DNA of 64,000 bases from Cyanophora paradoxa CCMP329 (GCA_004431415.1 QPMI01000113.1:1-64000), one strand, 5' to 3'; numbered from the stretch's first letter, positions 1-13,329 are shown. A program made the numbers and translations. Notes: generated by a model not told the origin, from the sequence alone.

Positions 1-3000
1 GGGGCAGGGCGAGCCAGCCCCAGGAGGCGCTGCGGGCCGGGCGGGGCCCGAGAGCCAGGCGAGGCCCCGGGCGATGGCCGGCGAGACGGCCTCCCACCAC
101 CCGACTCCCCCCCGGGGAGGCCCCCTCCTCCTCCTCCCGCCCCTCGCTCTCCCGGACGCCTCCCGCAGCGGGCTGAAGCCGGCCGCCCCGCCGGCGCCGC
201 GCCGGCGCCGCTGGCGCAGGGAGGTGGCGGGGGGGCGGGCCCGGGCGGGGCTCGGGAACCGGGGCCCCCACCAGGGGCGGAGGCGGCCCTGCCCCTCGAC
301 CTCCATGCGGCCGGCGCCGGCGGCAGCTGCCGCCCCCCGGCGACCCGAGCCCGAGGCCGCCGAGGAGCGGGCGCGGGCGGAGCTGCCCGGCGCGGCGGCG
401 CGGGAGGAAGTCGGAGGGGAGGCGGGCGCGGTGGTCGGCGGGGGGCGGGCGGGGGCGGCGGCGGAGGAGGGCCCCCGTGGGCCCCACGTCGCCGGGCCCG
501 AGCCCAGGTGCCGGCTCGAGCCAGCGGGCGGGGGGCTCGAGGGGGCGCGTCTTGAGGTAGAGGATCTGGCCGACGGTGCCGTCCGCGTAGCGCACGAAGA
601 ACTGGTGGGAGCGGGGCGCGGGGCCCGCCCGCGGGTCCGGCTCCTGGAAGCGCCGGCGGAAGTCCACAAGGAACTCCTCCCTGCGGCCCCCGCGGCTCGA
701 TCCCGGCCCCTGCGGCGCCCGGAGGGGCGCACCGCATCTTGCGGCGGGCGGGGTTGCCCGGGAAGAAGGAGCAGCCGTAGCGCTGGCGGGCCTCCTCCAG
801 GCACGCGAGGAAGCTCGTGCAGTGCTGCGCAGGCGCGCCCGTCGGTGCGGGGGCGCGCGGGGCGCGGGGGCGGGCGGACGGTGTCGGGGTCGAAGCCGGC
901 GTCGACGCAGAGGAGGCGCTCGCAGCGGCGGGCGAGGAGCGGGAGGAGGCCGAGGTTCTCCGCGTGGCCCCCGTCCGAGAGGAAGACGTGGGAGGGGACG
1001 CGCCCCGCCCCGAAGGTGCGGAAGCTGAAGCCGAAGACCTGGCGCACGAGCTGCACCATCGGGAGGCCCGAGAGGTGGAGGCCGAGCTCCCGCGGGGCCC
1101 CCCGCACGAGCAGCAGCAAGAGCGCCAGCGCCGGCACCACCAGCAGGTTCACCTGCGCCGCCCCGCCCCCTCGCGCCGGGCGGCGCGGGGCGAGGGGGCG
1201 CGGAGAAGAGGCACCCAGATGTGGCGGGGGAAGGTGAAGGCGGCGACGAGGAAGGGGGCGAAGGCCGCCATGTTCAGCCCCCACGCCAGCGCCTGCCCGC
1301 ACTCAGAGGCCGGGGGGGTGGGTGGGGTGGGGGGAGGAGGAGGAGGAAGGCGGGAGGCGCGCCTGGAGGGGGGACCAGCGGGCGGTGCGGACCCAGCGGC
1401 CGAGGCCGAGGCCGAGGAGGACGAGCACGGGCCGGACGTCGGAGCGCGTGCTGCGGCCGCCTCAGAAGAGCGCGGGGGACGGGGGGCGGGGCAGGGGCGC
1501 ACTAGGTGCCCATGTTGGCGGAGACCACGGCGGCCGAGATGGAGCACGCGTCCGCGATCGTCAGCCGCTGCCGCGCTCCGTGAGGCGAGGGCCCGGGCGG
1601 GGCGCGGCGGGGCGGGGCGGGGCGGGGCGGGGCGGGGCGGCTCGCCTCGGTGTCGGGGACCTGCTGCATCTCGCGCCCCGCGAGCGGAAGAAGCCGTGCG
1701 GGCCCATCTGCGCGGGCTAAGCGGAGGGATCCGGGAGGGGAGGGGGGAGGGGGGGGGGGGCGGGGGGGGGGGGCAGGAACAGGGGGGGGGCACCGTGAAG
1801 ACGTCCCACTCGCGGGTGGATGAGCGCCAGAGGGTCCGCGCCTTCACCCGCCACAGGTTCGCGCTCGCGCAGCTGCGGGGAGGGGCGCCTCGGGGGCCCC
1901 GCGAGGGGGCGGGGGCGGGGCGGGGGGGCGGGGCGGGCCTGATGAGCTCGAAGGGGAGGTGGCGGGCGTCGGCGAGGCGGGTGCCCCCGAAGCCGAGCAG
2001 CGCGCGCTTGAAGAAGAAGGCGCGCTGCAGCCGCCACCGGTAGAACCAGTGCATCAGCCGGTGCTGCCCCCCCGCCTCAGCCGGCCCCCAGCGTCGAGGC
2101 GCGGGGCGGGGGCGCCTTGAGGGCGTCGAGGAGGGGGTTGGCGACGATGACGGCCGCCGCCGCGAAGTGCAGCGCCCGCCACGCCTCGCTCCCCAGCACC
2201 TGCCGCCCCGTCGGCCCCGAGGGACTCCGCGCGGCAGGACTCTTCGGCTCTGGGCTGTGGGGCGGCGCGCGGGGCGCGGGGGGGCGCACGTTGTCGAGGA
2301 AGTCGTCCGAGTCGGAGTTGACGATGACGTTCGCGATCTGCCCCGCCCCCCGCCCCCTCGGCCCCCGCCGGCGCGTGCCCCGGGGGGCGGGGGGCGCGCC
2401 TTGCCGTAGAGGACTATGAGGAAGGCAAAAACGATGAGGTCCGTCTGCCCCGCACTCAGCGCCCCTTCCCCGGGGGGCCCCGGGCCCCGGGCCCCGGCGC
2501 CGCGCCTTATTCGAGCTGAACATGCCGGGGGCGATCGCCGGCAGCAGCATCAGGCCCATCAGCGCGATCGTCAGGTAGTCTGCCCCGCCCCGCCCCCGAG
2601 TCTGCGTCAGCGGCCCCCCGCAGCGTCGCCGTCGCCCGCGCGGCGCGCACCGTCGACCTGCGTCTCCCCCAGATGCGCGGACTGCGCGCGGAGGGGGCGG
2701 GCGCCGCGGTCAGCGTCACGCGCGTGGCGGGGCGGCGGGGCGGGGCAGACAAGAAGGAGGAGGACGTAGATGCCGGTGGTGAGGGCGACCTGAAATCCGA
2801 TCAGCTGTAGAAGAAGTTTGCAGCGCCGGGCGATCGGATCGTACGAGGAAGGCGGCGCAGGCGAGGACGGCGCGGACGTTGGCGCGGCGGGCCGGGGTGA
2901 AGAGGCCGCGGGCGAGGAGCACGGCGAGGAGGGCGCCGGCGAGCACGGCGAGCATGCGCAGCGACCGCGTCTCGTCCGTCGTCCACACCGTCTCGTCCAG

Positions 3001-3812
3001 CACCAGCTCGCTGTCCACCTCCTGCCAGAGCACCCCCTCGAAGGCCCACCCCAGCGTGTACCCCACCGGGATCGCGTACGGCACCACCGTCAGCATCACT
3101 GCTCGGGCGGGGCGGTCAGCGACCGCGCGGGGATGGCAGGCGGGCGGCGGCGGGGCGCGCCGACGGCGAGAAAGAGGAGGAGGAAGAAGACGAAGACGAC
3201 GAGGTCCAGCGCCCCGCGCCCCGGCGACGAGAAGTCCAGCATGTACCCTGCCCCGCCCCGCCCCCGCGTCGCCCGCCCCGCCCCTCGGCCCTGCTGCCGC
3301 CCGCGCGCAGCAAGCGCACCGCAGTTCCGCTCGAAGTTCGCCATGTACGCGCCTGCGCGCGGCCGGCGCGGCCCCAGTCAGCTCTAGCTAGCGGCGCGGG
3401 GTCGGGGCTGAGCACCGATCCAGGTCCGCACGTCGCCGGGGTTGTGCACGGCCCAGTCCGCGAAGCTGCATGCAACGAAGCCGCCGCCCGAAACGCCGCT
3501 TATGTAGTCGACATGCGGGAGGAGGTTGGAGGAGGCGAGCCAGCACAGGACGCCGCTGCAGAAGCTCGCCGAGCGAATGCCGCCGCCTGAGCGGCGGCAT
3601 TCGATGAATGCAGACGGGGCGCGCATGCCCACGCAGAGCTGAAGTAAAGGCGCACCCGAGAAGCAAACGCCCGTCAGCTTCTTCTTCGGGGGCTGGGCGG
3701 CGGCCGCAGCCTCGGCACGGGCCGCTCGAGCCCGGGCGGCCAGGCGCTCGAGTTCCTCCCTGCCGCTCGTGCGCGCCCCGGCCGGCGGGTGCTCTCGCTC
3801 CCGGTCTGCCAT
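1..3812 (-). CDS. Multi-exon patatin/cPLA2-like phospholipase with transmembrane segments; 3' end runs off the window start
   Basis: Spliced exons give FSG|GGIRSASF (glycine loop), YISGVSGGG (GxSxG nucleophile), several hydrophobic helices, HWFYRWRLQRAF and VFLSDGGHAENLGLLPLLARRCERLLCVDAG (catalytic DGG, ~900-990). ATG at 3812. Confidence 0.8.
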
Positions 3813-4316
3813 GGCCGCTCGACCGGCGGCCGGGGGCGTCTGGGACCAGCGGGCGTTAGCTGATGTATGTATGCTAGCTACTGCCGCTCGACGCCGCCGG
3901 TGCTCGGGCAGCTCGGCTGTGGCATCGGTTCTTTCAAACGTGTTGCAAACTGACCAAGCTGTCCGTAGTACTCCGTACCCCAGCGGTTTCGGCGCATCGG
4001 TTTCGAGGTTACGGCGAGCCGCGGCCCACGGCGGCCGCGGCGAGCACCAGCGGTCCTGAAACATGCAGAGAGATGCGCAATCGCATCCAGCGAGCTGGGA
4101 GCGCTCGGGTCGGGTACCGAGCAGGATCACCGTCGACACCAAACGACGCAAAGTCGCCCGCAACTTTGCAACGCGCGGCGAGCGCGCGGACGATCGCGCG
4201 CATCTACGACGCCATGACCTCGAAGCGAGGCGTCCGAGCACGCCTCAGGAGCGGCGCCGGAGTAGCCCTGCTCAGGAGCGCTTAAGCCGCTTAGCGGAAC
4301 GCGCAGCGGCAGCAGC

Positions 4317-7300
4317 ATGACTGCCGGCCTGGCCCTGCTCGATCAGCAGCAGGAATACGTATACGGCTCTTTCGACAGCAAGATCCAGCAGATCACAAGC
4401 CTGCTCAGCCCGTCTCAACCCCGCGCGAGTTCCATCAGCAAGGCGTCGCAGGCGCAATTCCAGCAGCAGCAACAGGAAAATCAGCAGCAGCGGGGCTCCA
4501 AGCGACGCGTGACGATGGGCGCGATTGCGACCTTCATGCCGGAGAAGCAAGACGACGGCGCGAGCTGGCGGCGTCGCGCCGGCACGAACCGACGGGGCAG
4601 CGTTGCGCGGCGCGGCTCGGTCGCGGGGGGCGCCGGCGCTGGGGCCGGGCAGAATCGGCGCGGGTCGGTGGCGGGGGGCGGGCGGCGGGGGTCGGTCGTG
4701 GCGGGGCCGCGGCGAGTGCAGTTCGACGGAGATGCGGAGAAGGCGGTGAAGGCGGTCGCTGTTGCCCTCGCTGAGACACTCGCCGAGGGGGAGGCGCCGG
4801 CGGGTCTCGCGGCGGGCGGCGGGGCGGGGCGGCCGGAGCCGCGGCGGGCGTCGATGTCGCGGTGCCGGATGGGCTCCATGCACCGGCGCGGCCTCGCGAA
4901 GCTCACCGAGACGCAGTACGCCGCCATGGCCGGTGCGCCCCCCGCGGCCCCCCCTGCGCCCGCCCCGCACGACTCTGCCGATCGATCCCGCGGCGGCAGC
5001 GACGGCGGCGCTGTATGCCGAGAACCCGACGCCGGCCTCCTCCCGACGGCACTCCCTCGCCGCCTCGCGCCGCGCCTCCGTCGCCTCCGCCGGCGGGGCG
5101 CCGCAGTCGCGCCGCTCGTCGACGGAGAGCGAGCGCGGGGCGCCGGCCACGCCGCGGGCCCTCTCCTGGCTCTCCGCCGCCTCCTCCTCGGCGGCGGCCT
5201 CGGTGCGGGCGCGGCGGCGGCGGCAGTCGATGCGGCGGGCGTCGCAGCTCCTGCAGCTGCTGCAGAAGATGCCCTCGGGGGCGGACCTTGCGCGCCAGTT
5301 CGAGCGGACATTCGCCTCGCTGCGGGCCTCCATGTTCAAGTCCCACCACTGGGACCTCCACGGCGCCCTCGGCCCGCCCCGCCCCGCCCCGCCCCGCCCC
5401 GCGCCTGGCGCGAGCTCGCGCTGAGGGGGCCGGCGCAGAGCTCACGGAGGGGGTCATCCAGGCCGGCTCCCTCGCGCGCGACGAGGTGCCGGCCCCGGCG
5501 CCCTCTCCTTGACCCCCCGGCTCAGGCGGCGGCGGGGCGCAGGTGCAGCAGTACGCGTTCCTCGTGGCGGAGCGCGCCGACCTCCTCCTTTACGTCTCCG
5601 CGCCCCAGGTCCCCGCCCCGCGCCCCGCCCCGCCCCCCGGCCCGACCCCGCGCCCCCCGCAGGGCGTCCCGAGCTGCTCGCCTCGTGGGCGGGGGCGCCC
5701 TCGCACGAGGCCCACGACTACCGCGCCGAGGTCCGCGGCGCCGGCGCCATCCTCGTCCGCCCCGTGCGCACCCCCGCCCCCGCGCCCCGCCCCGCCCCCG
5801 CGCCGGGCGCCTTGCGAGGGGCGTGGGCAGGGGGACGCCTCGTTCCGCGCGGGGCAGCCGCTCTTCGTGTCGGTGCGGGGCGCATCCGCGTTAATTTAAA
5901 GAATAATTCAGGATTAAAATTAATTAATTATCCTATTTTTTCTATATTTAAACAGGTGCGGGGCGCCTCCGCTTGCCGATACACTCTCTTCGTCGCCCAC
6001 GGCTCCTCCGCCCACGAGAAGATGCTCCTCTCGAGAATTCGACCTGCCAGCCTCGCTCAGGCCCGCCCCCGCGCGCCCGCCCCCGCCGTCGGGCGGCGAG
6101 CTCGCGGCTGAGGGGCGTCTCGGGGGGCGCAGGGGGCGCTGCGGCTGTACAGCGTGAACATCCCGCAGCGGGCCGCCTCGGCCCTCTTCCAGCTCACCGT
6201 CACCCGCGGCTCCGTCCAGGTCCCCGCCCCCCCCTGCAGGCCCCCCCGTATTCGCTCCGAGCCGTCCCCACCGCAGATGTACATCGACAATGGGAACCGG
6301 TACCCCCTCCAGAGTGCGCCCCCGGCCCCGGCCCCGGCCCCGGCCCCTCTGACGGGCCTCGCGCGCAGCGCGGCACCGGTGGGCGTCCCTCTCGGGAGAC
6401 TCCGCCACCATCTGCATCCCGGTACCCCCCCCCCATTCTCTACCCGCCGCCCTCCATCCTCCCGACCGCGGGGGGCAGCGACACGAGTACGCGGAGATGT
6501 ACGTGCCCGGGGCGGCGGCTGCCGGGGGCGAGGGGCGGCGGCCGGGGACGGGGGAGTCGCACGGGGGTGGGGCGAGCGCGCCGGACGCGGAGGAGATGCG
6601 CGCGGGGACCTTCTTCGTCGCGCTCGTCTGCACCGCCGACGCCGCCTGCTCCCTCGCCGTCTCCGCCCCGCAGCGTCCGCCCCGCCCCGCCCCGCCCCGC
6701 CCCTCTCCCCAGCCGCCAGCCGGCGGCCGACGCGGCGGCCGGCAGGGGTGCGGCCTCGGGCATCAGCGCCGCCACGCGCGCCTCGCACGGCGTCGCCCGC
6801 GTCGCCCACTTCCGGTGCCCCGCAGCTGCCCGCCCCGCCCCCGCCCCGTGCCGCCTCTGACCGCGAGCTCGGCGCAGGCGCTCCTCGCGCCCGGACGCGT
6901 TCATGCGCGCGCTCGGCATCTCGCGCCCCGAGGAGGGCGACGAGGAGGAGGGCGGGGCGGGCTCGGCGGCGCCGGCCTCCTCGCGCCCCGCCCGCCACCG
7001 CGTGCGCCCCGCCACGAGCCCGAAGCCGGGCCAGGGCGAGCCGCCGCAGCCGCGCCTCCTGCTCGAGCGGGGGGCGGCCTCGCCGCCCTCCCCTCCAACC
7101 CCGCCCAAGGCGCCGGCGCTGCTCGGCGCATACCGCAACCGCTTCGCCTTCCGCTCGCGCTTCTCCAGCTGCCACGACAGCGAGGCCCCGCTTCGGCGCC
7201 GGTGCGCCCCCGCCCCGCTCCCCGCCCGCTCCCAGCCCCCCCTCCTCACCGCGCGAGCCGCCAGGCCCTCTGTAGGAGCCTTCGCCTCCGCCTTCCGGCC

Positions 7301-8740
7301 CAGCTCCTCCTCCTCATCCTCCTCCGCCGTGGCCTCCGTCGCGCCGGCCCCGGGGAGGGCGCGGCGCCCCTCGTTCGCGGCGGCGTGCCGGCGGCGGAGC
7401 GCGTCGGCCCCGCGCTGGTGCCCCCCACGCCGGCGTCGAGCCCGGAGCCCGAGCTCGAGCGCGAGGGCGAGGGCAAGGGGGCCGGCGCGGAGGAGTCGGA
7501 CGACGGGGTCGTGCGGGCGGAGCTCGCGGGGGCCGGGGACGACGCCGAGGATGACGGCGAGCCCGCGCCGGCTGCAGCCGCCGCCCCTCCGCCGCCTCTC
7601 GCCACCCCGCCCCGCTGCGGGCGCCGGCGGCCCGCCGGCGTCGCTGCGCCTCGCCGTGCGCCCCCCCGCCGCGGCTCTCGGGCCCTCCCACTTCGTGCCG
7701 ATCGCCGCGCCGGCCTCCTACCCGTCGCCGGTGGCCTCCCCGCGGCGGCCCGGCGCGGCGTCGCTGGCGGGCTCGCCGGCGTCGCTGCCGCCGGCGTCGC
7801 CGCTGCGGCCGACGCCGCGCTCGACGCCGCGCTCGGCGCCCTCGCCGGGGCCGGCGGAGCGCGCGGCGCTCGCCCTCCTCCTCGACGACGGCGTCGCCTC
7901 GCCGCTCTTCGTCTCCCCGCGGCCCCGCGCAGCCCGCCCGCCTGCGAGGCCCGCCCCGCCGCCGACGCCCCGCCCTGCTTCACCCCGCCGCCCGGGCCCG
8001 GCGGCCCCGCGGGGGCGCCCCGGGCGACGGGCTCGCCGCGCGTCGCTGCGTTCCGCCAGCGCGTCGCGGTCGCCGGCCTCGCGCTCCCCGAGGCCGGCGG
8101 CGGGCGCCCCGGGGCGGGCGGGCCCGGCGCCCCCGAGGAGGAGGACGAGGAGCTCGCCTCCATCGAGCTCGCCCGCGCCTCCCCGCGCCCCGCCCCCGTG
8201 CCCCCGCCCCTTCCCCCGCCCCGCCCCGCCGCCCCTCCTTGACGCCCCCGCAGCTCACTCTCCCCGCCTCGCCCGTCGCCGCGGAGTCGCCGGGCTCCAC
8301 CGGGGGCGGCCGGGAGGGCGCGTTGCCAGGCCCCTCGACGAGCCCGTGGGCGGTGCAGGCGGCCTCGCCGCTGCCGGCGACGGGCCCGGGGGCGTGCTGG
8401 CGCGGCGCCTGCGGGCCGCCTCGAGGGCCCCCCGCACCTCTCCATCGGGGCGGCCCTGCGGGGCGCGGCGAGCCCGCGCGCCTCCCTCTCGCCGGTGCGC
8501 TCGCCGCTGGTGGCGGGGAGCCCCGTGAGCCGCCTCGCCCACGCCGCCTCGCCCCGCGGCCTCCGCCGCTCCCCCGAGGCCCTCGAGCTCCCCGTCGAGC
8601 CTGTCGCCCCTGCCCCATCGCCCGCCTCCCCTGGCCCCGGCCCGGGCCCGCGCCCCGCTGTCGCTGGCGTGCGCGGTATCGCCGCCCTCGCCGGCAGCCG
8701 CCCCGCCTCGCCCCACGTGCACATGTACAGCGCTGCCTAG
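4317..8740 (+). CDS. Multi-exon hypothetical protein with a small beta-rich middle region and a long Pro/Ala/Ser-rich C-terminus
   Basis: Non-repetitive N-terminus MTAGLALLDQQQEYVYGSF. Exons joined by GT/GC-AG introns (ELTEGVIQAG, VQQYAFLVAE, VRGASACRYTLFV, MYIDNGNRYP). TAG at 8738-8740 followed by an AT-rich tail. Divergent from the patatin gene. Confidence 0.5.
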
Positions 8741-8895
8741 GCTTATAATTAGGGATAGGCCTGAATTCGAACCCGCGGCCTGCGCGCGATCGCGAGTGCA
8801 TGTGCATATATATATCCTGTGGCCCCGGCGCCGGCTGTGGGCCCAGCTGCAGTGTGGCCCTGTGTGGGGCCGTGTGGGCCCAGTACTAGTGTGGG

Positions 8896-9477
8896 CAGGG
8901 TTCGCCGCCCAAAAATTTTGGAAAAAGAATGCAAAAAGTTTTGCAAAACTTTTTAGAAAATTTTTGCATGGTCCCCGCGTTTAATTTCGGGCCTCAAAAA
9001 TTTTTCAAAGTTTGGAAAAGTTTTGCACCCCACCCTCCCTCATCCTCCGAAATATATCGTTTGCGGCAGCTTAGGCGATGTTAAATGAAGAAATAAACGA
9101 CATAGAAGGCAATCTGAGGCTATTCTGAGCGTGGAAGGCGAGCCTCGGAGTTCTTGAGCTTCTGGCTTCTGTTGGGTGGGGGGGTACTTGCAATTGGCCT
9201 TGAAACACGGGCACTGCGGCAGCTGCAGCCTGCAGGCGGGTTTAATTTCATGTGCAGATAGCAGCTCTCGCAAGCCGGCGGTCGATAAACATGAGTTAAA
9301 CAATGTTTAAGACGTGTTTGAATGCGATTTGAAGCACTTTAGACGATGGTTTCGATTCTTTCGGGGCAAAAATGTTCTAATTATATAAAAATATCGCAAA
9401 AATTTTACATACAAGGCAAACATTTTCGCAAACATTTTTGGACCCTCGGGGGACCCCCAAAAATTTTCTCATCCCTG
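8896..9477. mobile_element. Possible non-autonomous hAT-like element (CAGGG...CCCTG ends)
   Basis: AT-rich block with imperfect inverted ends (CAGGG..AAAATTTT at both ends) and repeated AAAATTTT subterminal motifs. No clean 8-bp TSD. Confidence 0.35.
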
Positions 9478-9899
9478 AGCTCTCGAGTGTGGGGCCGTCA
9501 CGGCGTGCACGTGTGGGCGGCGCTGGGCGCGTATACCGGTAGTACCCGGTACTACTACCGTACAACACTTCACTATAGCTGTGAAGCCTGTGATCATGAC
9601 TCCTGCAGCTGTGAATCTAGCTCGATCTGTGAGTCTGTGACTTCAGTATTATTATTTGAATCAGTAATGCTCGTTCTCAATTACAAGCCCACACTCACGT
9701 GTGGTAAGCCCTGCCAATGCATGCCTCCTCCCTCAGCCTCCCTGTCTGTCTTAGCGTCAATGAGGCTTAGTGGGCACCGGTCGGTATTGGGAGCGCTCGC
9801 GATCGGTAGGCGTAGTCCTGGCGCTGCACCGTAGGCTGCACGCCGCTCCGGATCCGCCGCCTCTGTGCCTGCGGGTCCGCGCTGCCAGTGAGCCCTCCC

Positions 9900-10190
9900 G
9901 CGAGCTGCCACCCTGCATGCCTCTGCCTCGCCCTGAGAGCCTCGCCGCCGCCCGTGGGGCCTCTGCTCCGTCCACCAAGCCGCTGAGCCACGCCACCAGG
10001 CCGCCGCGCTCCGAGGCTGCACCCCACCCGGCGAGCCACGGCGCCCGGCAGCTGCCCCGCGCGCCTCCGCTCTGCCCGGCGAGCCGCGCCGCCGCCCCTG
10101 GTGCCTCTGCCCCGTCCACCAAGTCATGCCGCCAGGCCGCTGCGCTCCGAGGCTGCGCTCTGCCCGGCGAGCCAGCGCCCCCGGGCCCGC
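9900..10190 (-). repeat. Degenerate copy of the GC-rich ~40-bp minisatellite at 56130-56880, opposite orientation
   Basis: cccggcgagccgcgccgccgccc and gcgcctccgc motifs are reverse complements of the 56-kb unit. Confidence 0.45.
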
Positions 10191-10389
10191 CGCCACGTGC
10201 ACCTTATTCACCGCAGCGATATATTGGTACCGGCCGCGGTCGATGGACCCGGGAGCTCGAGCTCGAGGTGAGAAATATATTTATATTGGTCGGTGGAGCT
10301 CGATTTTTGGTGGAGCTCGAGCTCGAGGTGAAATCTAGGGGGGGAATTCCTCGAAATATATATTATATTTCCCCCCTATATAGCTAGAT

Positions 10390-12617
10390 CTCCAAATTTG
10401 GCGTCGGCTGGGTTCTTGTCCTCTTTCGCCCCCAGAGAGCTTGCGCAAAGCTTGGAAAAGCTCTCAAATGAATACTGTACGGATGGGCATGCGTGAGGAT
10501 GCGAGGGCGCGCAGAAAGATGGGCAGGTTTGTCAAGGATCGAATTCTTGGGGTCGGCTGGGTCCTCGCGGCCCGGCGCATCTGCAAAGCGCGCGGAATGC
10601 TTCGTCTACATCTCAAATGCTTATACTATTGTTCCGCGCATGCGCCGCGGCGTGGGCGCGCGGAAAGATGTCCGGGCCTGTGCAGGATCGAATTTTCGCC
10701 GCCGGGTGCCTTCCTGCACTGTTCCGGCTCCGAAAAGCGGATCACTGGAGTGCGCAGGCCGTGCTATGTCTATGTGCGTGAGTACGCATCGATTGCGCGC
10801 GTCGCGGGACCGGGCGGGACCGGCTGGGTCAAAGTTTCCGCCGACTCTTCGCACTGCAGTGTCGGCGGCGCCCGAAATCGAGCTTGCAGCGGTGCGCGCG
10901 CCGTCTGCTCTCATTCTGTACCGCTCTGGGGCGTTCCTGGCGCGCTTTCGTCGCGGGACCGGGCGGGACCGGGTCCCACTTTTTGGAGTTTCGCGATCGA
11001 ACCGGGGTATAAATACCGGGATTAGTTCGCGAGAGAATTCGATTTTCGCGTGACGCCCACGGGAGAGTCGGAATTCGATATTCGCGCGACGGCCATGGGA
11101 GAGCGGTCTCCCTCGAGAAGCCACGATCGGAATTCCTCGAGACGTCCGGACATGTCGGCGCACAAGTCTGAGATTTGATCCATGAGAGAACTCGATGGAA
11201 AATTGCGTGACGTCACTGTCGAGGTGTGTGCGTGAATTGATCCACGATGAACACGGGGTACGGACGTTTCTCGGACGTTACAGGAATTTCGTTCGCCGAC
11301 CCGGATTTCCGACAAGCCCTGGGCCCCTGCGGGTCCCAAACATCGGGCGAAGCCTCCGCCGCCCTCTTCGCGTCCCCCTTATTCATCGCGGCCCCTCGCG
11401 GCTGTCAATGGGTCGGCGGGGCAGGGAGAGGGGAGGGGAGGGTTGCTGAGAGGGAATACAATTATGGGAGGAGCTGTCCTGAGAGGAGTTGTCCTGAGAG
11501 AATATAATTATGTAATAAGGGGAATTGCTGCAGCTGAGAGAGAATATAATGAGGGGAGGGAGGAGTGGTCGAGCTCGAGGCCCTCACAAAATTGAGAGGA
11601 GATTGTTGAGGGGACGGGCGAGATTCTCGCGGCCAGGCGCATGCGCAGGGCTTATGAATCGCTTAAACAGAGTCTCGAATGCATGCTGGATCGATGTCCA
11701 GGGCTGCAGAGGCGAGGGCGCGCGGAAATATGTGCAGGCCTGTCCAGGATCGCAAATTTGGCGTCGGCTGGGTTCTCGTGCTCTGTCGCGGCCACAGAGC
11801 TTGCGGAAGGCTTCGTTTAGATCTCAAATGAATACTCTAGCGTTGGGCATGGGTGAGGACGCGAGGGCGCGCGGAAAGATGCGCAGGCCCGTCCAGGATC
11901 GAATTTTCGGGGACGGCTGGGTCCTCGCGGCCCGGGGCATTTAGAGACCGTGCGGAAGGCTTCTTCTGCATCTCAAATGCTTATACTATTGATGCGCGCA
12001 TGCGCGGCGGCGTCGGTGCGCGGAAAGTTGCCCGGGGCTGTGCAGGATCGAATTTTTGACGTCGGGCACCTTCCTGCGCTGTTCCGGCTCCACAAAGCGG
12101 ATATCTGGAGTGCGCAGGCCCTGCTATGTCTATGCGCGCCAGTACGCATCGAATGCGCGCGTCGGGGGACCGGCCGGAACCGGCAGGAACAGATTTCCGC
12201 CCGACTCTTCGGACTGGAGCTTCGGCGGCGGCCGAAATCGAGCTTGCCGCGATGCGCACGCCCTCGGCTCTCAATCTGTAGCGCTCTGGGGTGTTCCTCC
12301 GCGCTTTCGTTGCGGGACCGGGCGGGACCGGGTCCCACTTTTTGGAGTTTCGCGATCGAGCCCCGGGGTATAAATACCGGAATTGATCCTGGAGGGAAAT
12401 TCGGTTTTCGGGCGGGGACCCAGGAGTGCGGACGGAATTTGAGGGGAGCCACGACTCCAAAAATAAGTGTAACGTCCGTGTTCAGCTATGTAACGTCGGA
12501 GACCGTTCGCCTTCATTGCGGAGGTTGTCAACCACGACGCTCGGACCAATCGGACTCGAGTGGAAAAAAAATAATTCCGCACGTTCACCATCGACCCACG
12601 GAAGAGGCTTCGCCCGA
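10390..12617 (-). mobile_element. Helentron/HINE-like non-autonomous element: one partial copy plus one full 1306-bp copy (11312-12617), head-to-tail
   Basis: On the minus strand the unit starts TCGGGCGAAGCCTC and ends GAGGCTTCGCCCGA + hairpin (GGGACCCGCAGGGGCCC) + GGGCTTGT. Same family as 41169-46044. No coding capacity. Confidence 0.6.
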
Positions 12618-12970
12618 AATTGGCAGGGCTAAAATTGGCAGGGCTAATAATGCGCCCCCAATTTTATACGTTTAATTTCTGCTGTCAAAACGCATTAATA
12701 TGCATAATGAATTTTTCGAATGAGGGCGCATTAATATCAAGACGCTAAGAAACTGCTAGCTATAGCAATGTGTACCCCCCATTCGCAGCCAAAAAGCTAG
12801 CTTCAAAACGCATTAATTTGGTGATATTGTGCGTTCTATAGCTACATGCAGTTGGCTTAGCTTGCAATTTAATTGGCTACTAGCTACTAGTAGGCTAGTA
12901 GTAGCCAGTAGCCTGGCAGTAGCCTGCCAGACAGTGCCAGTAGGGCCTGAGTACTAGTGAGTAGGCTATA

Positions 12971-13329
12971 CTGTAGAACGGGTAATATTTAAGACCCCAA
13001 AATGTTTAGTAATCCCGAGTTTTGGCCGGTTTAGTGGCCTGAAAATATTTAATACTTGGCCGCGGAGCGCTTTAGTAGGGAGCTTTAAAAGGGGGTGGGC
13101 GCGGCGCGCCCGAGAGGGTGTACTGATTAGGCCATGCGCTTCTGAGCTCCCTTCGGCGGCCGGGCATGCTTCTCCCGCGCTGCAACTTCGATCGGCTTCG
13201 CCGACGCGACTGAGCTATGTACCCCGCCCCCCGATTCTCGGCTTTAGTATACGATAAATATTTAGTACTCGCGCCTCCAGGATTTAGTACTAAAAAGATC
13301 CAGTATACTAAATATTTCCCGTTCTACAG
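12971..13329. mobile_element. Tc1/mariner-type MITE
   Basis: TIRs CTGTAGAACGGGtAATATTTA / TAAATATTtCCCGTTCTACAG, with TA on both sides. Confidence 0.8.

Noticed and set aside
2788-2842. Introner-like element (intron with ATCCGATC/GATCGGAT inverted ends)
   Set aside because: Only an 8-bp repeat and no second copy in the window, so support is insufficient.
74-8800. Long Arg/Pro/Gly/Ala-rich six-frame ORFs here and elsewhere (e.g. 53192-54924, 56027-56947)
   Set aside because: They arise from stop-codon scarcity in very GC-rich DNA, antisense frames and read-through of introns.
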